A DNA stretch of 64,000 nucleotides, taken from Candidatus Omnitrophota bacterium. Its GTDB lineage: Bacteria; Omnitrophota; Gorgyraeia; Gygaellales; Profunditerraquicolaceae. Shown piece by piece: positions 32,201 to 44,200 of this stretch. Position numbers and translations under genes: made by a program. The notes below the pieces were generated by a model, which saw nothing but the letters and a program-made list of their open reading frames with translations, ran no database searches and was not told the origin of the DNA. The first letter of the stretch is position 1. Each line of letters opens with the position of its first letter. The stretch lies in assembly GCA_016208765.1 (NCBI GenBank), contig JACQXK010000004.1:148243-212242 (forward strand), read 5' to 3'.

Positions 32201-35200
32201 ATATTGAATTCTCCGTAGAAAACGGATAGTTTCCTTCTATAAATTTGGCCACTGCGCGGGAACAAAAATCACGCGCCTCCTGTAGCAAACCTAATTCTGC
32301 AAGATGAATTGCCGTATGTTGTAAGGCCATAAAATCGCCGTGTTTAAAAGAATGCCCGATTGCTTCATTGAATAACCTCAATGCATCTTGAATAAACTCC
32401 GGTTTATTTTCAAGCAGCGCCCTCTTAAGAATAAATTTAGCCTCCCAGATAAAACGATATGCAAAACCTGCTTGATCTTGCTTAAAAGAACGTAAAATAT
32501 TTTCCACATCTTGATTTACAAAATCATTACTCAGGTAAAACCACAGCAGTAAATAACGTAAATCATTATTGTTAAACCGGCCTGCCCTAAAATCTGCAAA
32601 TCTCCTGGCAAAGAAACTTGACATCTCTGCATCTGAACGATAACCTTCAACAATATAACTGCCATCTGCTGCCTTCTTTTGTTTTTGATGATAAGCAATC
32701 TTCTCAATACTAAGATGTGTAAAAATAAGCATCTCTTGAATACGCTTGCGGGAATTTTCATCTACCACTTCCAACAAATCAAGTAAGCCGGCTATATTTG
32801 TTTCAGTATCAGCCCCGATTAACGACCGGAAGATATTAAAAGAAGCGGCAAGGTCACCGGCCTCAAATGATCTTTTTGCCTGTTCAAAACGCTGGCTTAA
32901 ATCTTCAAACAAGCCCGATCTCTGTACCATAAGTTCTTTTTCTCTTTGCCTTAAAGCAGACTCTAACCCTGCAACATCCAAACCCTTTTCTTTAGCCCTG
33001 ATAATCACATCCCTTGAAGAAGGCGCATCTAAGATCATTCCGCTGTATTTTGCGGTTTCCTCCCCAAGGATAATCTCAGAAACAACCTTACCCCTATCCT
33101 CCTGACTATTGGCTCCTAGAAGATTGAATATTTCCACTTTCTCATCTGGCACAACGCCAATACCAAATCCTGCCAAAGCTTCTTCTGCCTGTTCGCAGCT
33201 AATATACATCGGCCCGCATTCCTGTGCATATTTTTGAACAAACTCTTCTATCTTGCTTACTGCTGAAGACGAGATACCTTGAATAGCAAAAATGTTTCTG
33301 TCTTCTTCTTTCCCGGCTGATAAGGCAGGTGAAGCAGCAGAATTTACATTAAGCAGCTCTTGAACAATAAACGAATCCTTCCATACCTTTAAAAATACAC
33401 AATCAAGCCCAATTCTCTTACGCCAATCTGAAAATGGTATTTCGTATTTATAATAAGTATACTCCCCGTCTTTGCTTGCTATCTTGCCATCCACAACACA
33501 GAGCCAAATTAATTGCTCGCGCTCGTACGGCTGAAGCTTAGAAAGAAAATTTAGACTAAGCATTTTTTTAAATTCTCCTATACGCACATTCACAGGCAGC
33601 CTGCTGGCGCGATTCCAGAGTAAATCTGACTCAAATACCGGCTCAATATCCAAACAACAGAATCTACGGTTTTTCCAAAAATATACTCCGGGGCCAAAGC
33701 TCGGATACATAGTAATTACTTGCCCATCCTCATCGCCGACTATAATTACTCTCATCAACCCATAGGCGCTATCTAAATAAGAAACAAAAGCCTCTCCCGG
33801 CCACCAGTCTAAAACATTGCCATCGGGCAAATCACGTATTGAGCGCGCGGACTTGACTGCTTTATCTAATACTGGGCCTATCGTTTCCGGAGAATAATTG
33901 GAAGGGAAATATATGGTGGGCAATTTCTGCAAATTTCCATCACGAGGAAAAACGTGCCTTCTTATGACATGGCTTCTGTTTTGTGCGCTCAGAGTTACCG
34001 GCAAAGGCGTTGCCTTTAATTCGTTATTATTAAGCCGGGTTAACAAACGCGACAAAACTCTGGAATAAATTCCAATGCCATAGCCATCTGAAAGCGATAC
34101 AGAATGCTCGCAAAATTCCCTTGCCTTGTCAGCGCCGTCTAAAACAATAATCCTGAATAAAACATTAAGCATGGTTTGATATTTCAAGATAAACCCGGTA
34201 CTGTCCCCGGGCGCAAGCCGTATAAGCTCCTGGGTATAGGCTATCGCATTTTCAAAATCTCCCTTTTGGATGCAAATCTTTGCCTGACGGCTCAGAAGAT
34301 TTTGATTTAAAGGATCAATTTTTAATACCGATAAGATTAATTCTGAAGCTTTCTCAAATTTCCCTTGGGCAGCCAAGCTTAAACTTAATAATAAATACCC
34401 GGCAATATCATCGGGGAATAAAGCGGCAGATTTCCGCGCAATCTCCAAAGCCTCGTCAAACCTTTCCATCACAAACAGTACCGCATGTTTTTGAGTATAC
34501 CCTACCGGGTTAAGAGGAGAAGTTTCTACACACATATTTGCTGCTTCAAGCGCATAACTAAATTGCACCTGCCTGAAATATACCTGTGACAATATCCAGT
34601 AACTAATAGCCAAAGATTTTAGGTAAAATGGAGCGCCCCTTCTTTGAAGGCGGGAATTGCTGATTTTAACTGCCTCATCAACAAATTCTTTTGCTTCGGA
34701 CAATCTTCCCAAGTCCACATACGCCTGCGCAAGCTTGTTTAAAACAACCACATTTTCAGGATTAAGGCGTAATGCCGACATCAATTTAGGAATTTGAGCT
34801 AATGGTAAAAGTTTACTTGCCTCTTGGCAAATCTGACGAATTTGATCATTAATGTCAGGCCTGCCTGTCACAGGCTTAGCAGTAACTGTTGTTTCTGAAC
34901 CTCCATTACAAATCAAAGATTTAAGATCAGTTAAAGCAACTCCGGCATTGGTTAGGCATACCTGCTTCACCTTTAAGATATCAGCTCCCGGGTGATTTAT
35001 TGAAATTGCCAGAAAGAACCCACCCAAAAACTCATCTATTAACTTAGGCAAGTTAGACTCTCCATTTGCATCTTGCGGGTGGCTGCTAAAAACGGCTAAC
35101 TTTCTTGAGAGATATGAATTTCCAAAATGCTCAACCAGGAAAGGAAACCTCATATGAATATAATTAGCTGCAAAAAGATTTAAGATACACCCGGGGGCTA

Positions 35201-38200
35201 CGTTATTCTCAAAAGCTATTAATAAAAACTGCCGGCATTCCACAGGATTAATTTTCAACACTTCCTGATGAGGGCTTAACACTGCAAGGCTATTTTCAAT
35301 GCAGGCCCTGCGATTAAGCCTGCTTACAAACATATCAAAAGTATCATTGGGGCTGTATTCAACATTATCTGATAATTCCATAAATAAATCTTCTTTTCCC
35401 AAAATCTGCAAAATACGGTAAATAATAAAAAACACTGCCGATAACTTATCGTAGCGTTTCTGGATTTTGCGCAACATTTTTTTGTTCTCAGGCTTGAGCG
35501 CAGACAGATCTTTCGCAATTAATTCCAACTCATCTTTTAATTCTGTAAAATAATCTTTTAACGCATTTATAAATCCTTCTTTGGGCTGCTCGTTTTCTAT
35601 CCCTGCGAGAAAAAGCTCAAACTTATTTTCACGGTTATCCTTGCTGAAATGGTTAACTAAACTTGGAACAACAATTTTATATATCTGGTTTGTTTCTTCC
35701 TGCGACAAAGAATCATCTTTGGAAAGATTTCCGGTAAGAGCCAAGAAGGAAACCAGCAGCTCTGCGCCAAAGCTTAAAATTCTGCACTGCATAAAATTTT
35801 CAGCCTCATCAAATTTACTATTGCGGATATAAATAAAGAATAAGACCATTAAAATTGAGTTTCCTAAATTAGACAAGCCGTGGCTTTTTATGGATTCTTG
35901 CAGGATTTTTTCTGATCTCTGTGAATCATGATTCAAGAAACACCCCCAAGCCAAAAGCCCCGAGATCACCTGATTGTCCTGTGGTATAAATTCCTGCCCG
36001 GACAGAAAATCTACGGCTTCAGAAACCCTGCCCAATTCAAACATGCTGGAGACTTTATAATAAATTACATCAAGAGCAACAAAATCTTCTGACTCAAAAC
36101 TAAGCGCCCTCTGCGCGAATTTCTCTGCTTCATTGTACCTATTCTGTTTAAAACGGATCCTGCTTAAAAGTGCAAAACCCAGGTTCTCTACCCCCTGCAC
36201 AAGAAGTAAATTCTGAGCCGCCTCTTCCGCACGAATAAAATCATTATTAGTCATAAAGTAAGAAAACAACGATGAGTACAGGCTCCTTGTCATAATCAAT
36301 CTTTCTTCTTGTTTCAGTTTTATATCACCTCCGGGAAGATTTAAATATTCCCTCATCTCAAATAATGATTTTTTGTAATGTTTTGCAGCCAGAAGATACT
36401 GGGCATTATTAAAATAGCAATCTGCAAGAACGCGCTGAAAAGGGGAAAAAAACTCTTTACAACCTTTCATCTTTTTTTGCAATATTCTTTGGCACATTTC
36501 TATGCCTTCTTTCCATCTTTCCTGATAAATTAATTTTTCCAATTCACTGGCTGATCGGCGAAACCTTATTAATTCTTGCTGGCTTAATGCTGAAGAAGCG
36601 CTTTCATCAGCTTTAGAAATGTTGCCTATTTGCTGCACTCCCACATAAGCTGATGACGATGAAATACGGACTACTGCGCCTACTGCAGAAGAAGCTTCAG
36701 GAGTTGATTCGTCTGAAGGTAAAATTAAATTGCCTGAAATACAATATTCAGGAATAACGCGTAAGGGTGATTTTCCGGCAATAACTTCTAATAAACCAAG
36801 ATTTTTTGACAAGTTTTCCCGGGCCTTAATTATTTCATTATAAGCAACGCCATTTAAACTTTGTTTTATGACTGAGATGTCTACGCCAAAAACCCGGTAA
36901 ATTACATCAACAAAACCTTTGCATGATGAACAATCTTCTTCAATTTTTAAGACCAGCTTCCATAAGCTCTGCCCAAGCGCCGCAAAGCACGTTGCAAGCG
37001 CAGCTCCCATACTATGCCCAAACAAACAAACTTTATTAATGCCTAATTCCTTAAAAACTAAATCTGGGTCATCCACTAATACGCGCGCACAAGGAGGCAT
37101 ATTACCTATTTTTGATCCGCCATATCCACGCCAGGTAACACACACGATTCTATAACCTTGCGCCAGCAATGCGTGTATCTGAATAGCCCAATCCAACAAA
37201 GAATCTCCCACCAGGAATCCATGCAAAAACACCGCAACCTTGGCATTTGCTTCTCCATAAGACCCAAGCTCACGACAAAATATCTGCGCCCCGTCAGGTG
37301 TTTCAATACAATTTGTTTTAAAGCTAAGGGTTAAGAGATGCCTTACTGCCATTTCCCATCCTGAAGAACCGGTTTCATCAGAAGGCGTAAAATCGTTTTC
37401 TATCGCTCCTATGGCAGAGCTGCCTTGCCGGCCCGCTGTCCCGATATTTGCTTGGGCTTCTACCGCCGAGGAAGAAAAAGCTCCGGCACCGAGGGAAGCA
37501 TTCTTAATTTGTTCTTCGCGCCCTTTAATAAAACCTAAATAGTAATCCGTAAAAATTTTTATTTCATCTGGATTAGTTTTCTCCTTCTGCTGCAAAGATC
37601 TTAACATTGCAAGGGCGTCTTTAACAACTCCCTGCTCATCAATAAGAACTATGCCCAAATCCAGTTTTTTTATAGTAAATTTTATCCCATCCATCTGCTT
37701 TTGATGACAAATAACCAGCGGCTCTTTCTTTGAAGATCCCCACTCTAACAACAAGCGACTATTAATTGCGCCAAATTGAGGCTGCTGCAGAAATTGTTCT
37801 TGCTCAACCATTTCCTGCGCCATTTCAAATAAAACATTAAAAACAAGCTCCACAGCAAGGATAGTCTCTTTATTAACCTCCAAGTGTAATTGCGTAATAA
37901 GCCCTTTAAGCTCAATAGCGAGTGAAAAAAATCCCCAAACCGGCTGCCTGGGAATTATCATTATTAAGTCCAACACGCATTCCAGGCATCTGATAAGCGG
38001 TAAAGTTCTTTGATATGCTAAATTAGGAAAAACTACTCCTTTTGGCGCAGAAGAAACAAACCCATCCTTTTTTACAGCACTACTGGACTTAAAATAGAAG
38101 ATTCCTGAATTTCCCGGAGAAATCTTGCGCCAGTTAATATACCTGGTATCTCCGTTTATGCTGTTATCCCCTAAAAGCAATCTCAGAGCTGCGATCGGGG

Positions 38201-41200
38201 TGCGGTGCGTAAAAATTACGGCTCTCTTACCTATATATTCCGGCGCAGACTCTGATTTTCTTAAAAACTGTGACATTCTAAGTAAAACATCAATAAAATT
38301 ATCCCCGCCACAAGGCTTAACCAATGCATTATTCCCAAAATAATATTTTTTGTATAATCTTTGCTCATCAGGAGTAAGCTCTTCAAATGATTTATTGCTA
38401 AAGTTTCCGGAAGACTTAGCAATAACTCTTTCATCGGTAACTAAATTTATATTCATACCTTTATTATTTAAATATTCAACAAATGCCTGTGCTGCTATTT
38501 TAGCCCGGCTCAAAGGGCTGGTAATTACTATGATATTTCCCCCTATTTCTTCTTGGCCCAAACCGCTCTCAAGCAACTTAAGCCAAATTCTATGAGCTAA
38601 GCCAGAAAGCCCTAATGCCGCTTGCTGCGTAGGCAGATTAATATCACTATTGCTCCTTCCCTGAGGGATCCTTTTTGCATTTGCCAGAGTTTCCGGATGG
38701 CTCACCAGACAAATCCCATTAAATCCCGTAGGATATGGAGAAAAATTATCAATTATAGTAAGCTTAGAAGTATCCCCGTGTACCAAAACCCCCGGCAGCC
38801 CAGAAACTTTTTTTAAAACCAGTGACTTGGCAACAGCCACTTTCACTTGTTTTATTAAAACATCATCTCGCGGAGCAAAAGCTAATGTAACCAGGGCCTT
38901 TTCAAATTCATCTAAAGTTATATAAATCTTAGCAAGAAAACTATAGGCATAAATATTTTTAGCCCAAGTTTCTATGGCAAGCATACTAAGAACAATTGCT
39001 TTGTTAGTGTCTTTTGGGAAATATATCTTTGCCAGACCAAGATACGCTTTAGATAAATAAGGCTGGTCATCAGCATTAATTTTCTTTTGCTTTGGTGATC
39101 TGTTTGTTATTGTCTGTATAACACTCTCAAAAAGTTTTCTTGCTTGGTTTTTCTTTCCCTTGGAAAACAATACCTCCGCCAGATTGACTATTCTTTGCGG
39201 GTCATGCGGATAATGCCCTTGGACGATACGGATCTGTTTGCCATCCGGACGATAATCACTCGCAGGCCTGCCTTTTTTCTTTCTGGTTTTCTGAAAATTA
39301 TCTGGATCATCACCAAAACTGCGGCCATTTTTCTTACCCTGCAGTGGCGAGGAAACAGCAGCTTCGGAATTGCCTAAAGGACTTTGCGCAGTAAACACTG
39401 CTACCAAAGCGCCTAATATTTCTTGAGTTTGTAGATGTGATTGTGAGTAAGATTTATTGGGATGGGCTTGATTTAAAATTACTATTATAAATACCTCGGG
39501 AGGAGCGCGGATCCCGTTTAGAAAAACAACTTGCCTATCTTTTAAAATAGAGGTTTCTTGTCCATACCTTAATATTGTAGATCTAACCATTGTTCTTGCC
39601 AGCAGAAATCCATTTAAACCTAAAGTAAATTTTAGGGTTGGTTGTTGCGAAAGGCTACTGTGTGCCGACACAGGAATCCGGGGAATATCTGCTGTTTTGG
39701 CTACTGCTGAAGAGGCATTTTCGCAAAGTCTGTCCAATCTTTCCCGGGGAGACTCAAACTCAGGCGCTAATACTAAAACCTCTTCAAGAAATTCTATTGC
39801 CTTTTTTCTATACGCGTGCATAGCGGCAATTTTGTTAAAAAACCGATAATGTATTGATCCTGCTTCAAAAATAGAAGCCACATTATTATATATGTATGCC
39901 AAAATCCAAGCCAGGGCTTCTCTTTGCTCATGCTTACGTTGAATTCCTTTCTCATAAACGATTCTTTCCAGGAACTGCGGATCCGGCATTAAAACCTTCC
40001 CATTTGGAGAGATGGAACCTACGCTAATATGCACATTTTTATAACCTTCGGAATCAACAGCAACTAAATTATTGAACCCTAATTCTTCTAATAAAAGATA
40101 CACAAAAAGAGACATCTGGCCACAGGCGCAAAGCTGCGAATTTAAAATCACAGAAAGAAACTCATTGCCTGAATCAACCATATTCTTAAACAGTTGCTCA
40201 AGCATTTCAATATCCGGCTTTTCAATAAACAGATAGCTGATTCTTTTAAAAGTTGGAGCAAACAACAAAGGCTTTTGGGAATCCATAGAAAAAACATCTT
40301 CTTCTTCGCGCCATTCATTTAACGCAACAAATACTTCTTCAACACTCCTGCCACGAAGATGCCTGCTTTCAATAAATGGCTGCACCAATAAAGTTCTAAT
40401 TTTGTGAAGATTACCTGAGTGCTTAAGTGGAGAAGAAGCGCAGCCTGGGATAATCCCTTTTAATCTATCTGTATTCCAAAATAAATACCCGTCCAAATCT
40501 GCGCAATAGTGAATCCAAGAAAAAGTTGCTTTTAATTTGTTGAACCCGCGCAATGTTGGCCCAAAAAGCACGAAGAATAAATCGTTTTTCAGTAATATCT
40601 GCGCAATTCTCTCTTCAAGTAATTTCTCTCCTTCACAAGATGCACCCATGCCATAATAATAAACAATTTTACGCCTGCTTGTTTGCGGCAATAAAGAAGC
40701 CTTCAAATAATCACCCCAGACAAAAGAAAGCTGTCCGGGCCTTACTAACCCTTTTTTTATACCAAATTCATTTATCCGCAAAGATTCCTTATATAGCTGC
40801 CTGTCTAATTCCCAACCTTCTACTGATATTCCAAATATATGTGCCAAGCCCAAAGCAAACACACCATTACCTGAACCTAAATCCAGAAGGCTTAAATCAA
40901 AATTGTTTCTAAGCTTAGCGATTGCCTTCGCCGCCAAAACAAATGCCTCATCACAAGAAAGATAATGGACCCCTCCAAAGGTTAAACGCCTCGGCCACAT
41001 ACCTGACAATTTCTCTCGCAAATATCCAGAAGCCCACTTTAAATCAGTATTGAATCTGTCAAAATAATACTGCTGCATTAAAGCCAAATAATTAGAAGCA
41101 AGCTCACAAATACGCTTATCGCGGTTTGTCTTAATTAAATCCACCTTAAGAGTTACTACGCTGCTAACCACAGAGCTTCTTTCTTCTCTTAATGTATATA

Positions 41201-44200
41201 GTGATGTTTCAATTTTTTCTTTAGCAGCCAAGGCTGAAGATGCGCTGTAACTTTTACCCACTGTCCCGATTGGGCTGCCGGAAGGCAGGGGAATAGTCTC
41301 TGGTTTGTTTTGTTTAGCTGCTCTTAATACTATTTTATCTAAAATCTGCTGATAAAAACCTGCACTTCTTTTCTGATCGCTTTCTGTCAAATACTGCCTT
41401 AATTGCTCAGGATTAATTTTACCCGGGTGATTTTCATCCTCAAAGCCAAATCTCTTATCATGAAACACCTTAATTAATGTATTATTAAAAATCATTACTG
41501 CACTTCTGATGCAAATCCTGAAGCTACGCCAAGAAATCTTTTTAGCATTAAGCGCATCTACAAGCTCAGGAATAAAAGTATCTAAGGTGGAGAAAAACAC
41601 CTTTCTCTGAAATGACGCAATATGCTCGGCATCACCATTATGCCCTTTAACCGGAATAGTGCGTAGATTGGAAACCCTGTCACCAAGTTTGTCTAATTTC
41701 ACAACAAAGCCTATAAAATCTGCCTCACCCGCTATTTCCCGAAGATATTCACATTCAGGCTCACCTTTTTGTTTTGATATCAGCTTTACTGCCCGGCAAA
41801 CATCCTTGCCAAAAAACTGCAACAATTCTTTTTCGCTCGCATCTTCCTCTTCAATGCTGTCATGCAATATGGCAACAATCAACATAAACCAAACATTTTT
41901 CCAGCTGAAATACCTTTGTATTTTAACCTCACGCAACAAAACATTGACTATATCAAAAACATGAATAATAGAAGGGGTTATGTTGTTCTTTCTCAAAACC
42001 CCCATTTGTTTCTTAGCTACAATCTGCACTGCCTTATTCAGCAGCTCCCTTTGCTCTAGTGTAAATTTAATATTTGTGCCTCTTAATACCCTCTTAATAA
42101 GATTATTAGACAACCTTCCGGAATAGAAATGAATATCTCGCTTTCTTATTTGCAGTTCTTTGGCAAACACGGTCCTTAAAGTCTCTATCTCCACATCAAC
42201 CGGGATCTCTACACCAAACAGATAGCGTAAATACCCATCACCTTTTGGCTGAGGATTCAAAAACGAAACAATGTTAATATTATTAACCTTAAAGAACCCT
42301 GTTATATCCACAAACTTTATTATTGAATACTTGGCAGAAAATTCTATTGTCCATACCTTCTTTGGCCGCCTTGCATATTCTTCATCATAATAATCTTCAA
42401 TGGAGGCTAAATCATTTTTCAGCATTTCTATGCTGTTAACGCACGAACGCTTAATCAGAATGTCTAAAAGCATTTCCCTCTGGTTATCCAGCCTTCTCAT
42501 CTGCAAGATAATCCCTACATCAAGCCCCAATGCTTCAAACACCGCAAAAAATATATCATGCAGAATTCCCGGGCGCTCATGCTCAAAGACAAGCTTGAGC
42601 TTAAGAGTGGCCCGCTCTGAAAGTGTCCTTCCAAGCTCAGATACCTGACAATTAGTACTGTCAACCGAAGAAGATGCAGCCATTCTATTCGTTTCCTCAC
42701 AAGAGCCTAATGCTTCCCTCTCTCTTTCAGCATTACCTGAAATATTAAACCTGAGTATTTCAATCTCTTTAAATATCCCGGAGAAATCCAGAATAGGATA
42801 TGCTGCCCTTAACCTATCAGCTTCTTCCTCTAAAGTTTTAATAACTTTATCTTCTTGTAAGTGCAATTTTAACACTTCCAATACCCGCTTCTTAAACATA
42901 TCAACCATCTGGATACTTAATTGTTCGTGTAATTTCTCTATTGCGCCTTTATAGTGCCGATTTGTTCTTTTACTTACATTAAAAAACTCATACACAGTAA
43001 CTTTATCATAACCAAAATGCTTTCCGAGGCCAGAATATTGCAGTCCATTGAAGATCCTTGAGCTTATAAGCCTGTTTATATCTACCGGGGAAAGCGGACC
43101 AAGATTTACTTTATAACTTAATCTTTTTATTGCGCTCTCTAATAATAATCCTTCTTCATAGTTAAAAAGTCCGCTCAAATATTTAAATGCCATTGGCTTA
43201 CAATCACGTAATAAGCTATTTAACACACCTTCATAACCAACTTCATTTTCTGCCAGCTTGGTTAATTTATCACAGGCCTCATTAAATCTGCGCAACACCT
43301 GAAAACGGCTGCAACCCAAAGCCTCGGCTATATCCGGATATTTCTTTCTTGAATCCGCAAGTTTAAGCGCTACTATTTTCTTGGCCAGGTCAAGCCCATT
43401 CCTCCCAACTTTGTCTAACCTGGTTAATAACGTTGCTATGAATTTATTATATTTAGCCCTTCTATAATCATCTAACTGCAAAATACAAGTAACAAGATTT
43501 TCTGTTAAGAATTCCCTGAGCCTGCGCTCTACCATATCTTTTGCCTTATGATTAAGCCCATTACCCAATCTTTGGTAAATTCCTCTTACACTAAAAGGCT
43601 TACAATTCCATCCTATTAATGCGCTGCCTATATACTCTTTATTTAACCCCTTTTCTACTGCAAATGGTACATCTAAATCTTGGACATTCACTACTATAAT
43701 TTTTATCGCGAACCTCAACAAATCTCTCTGGAGTTTATTCAAGATTCTCTCTTCATATGAACTCCGCACCACACTCAAAAGCAAATACTCGTCAAAAAGA
43801 TTGAATGCCATTCTTAACCAACAACGCCAATAACTGGCTGATAAAGCCTTAAGCTGCTCTTGAGATATTAAAATTATCGGGATAGGTTGATTATTGCATA
43901 TATGCCTGCGTAAAACACCCGCCGGAAGGCCCAATCCAATCTCAATCTTTCTTAATGTTTCAATCATCACAAAGCTTGTTCTTCCTGCTGCAATATCATA
44001 AATAGTGTTTTTATCAATGCCGGATGCGCGAGCAAGCCTCTCCAGATTAATTCCATCCTGAACAAGCTGCCGGAGGATCATCTGCAAAGCTTTTATATCT
44101 ACTGAAGATCGCGCTGAATACGTGCGTAACGATGAACTGCCTTTCCCGAGGCCATTTTCTTTTATCTTTAAAGGAAAATTGGCCCGCCTCCAAGACACCT

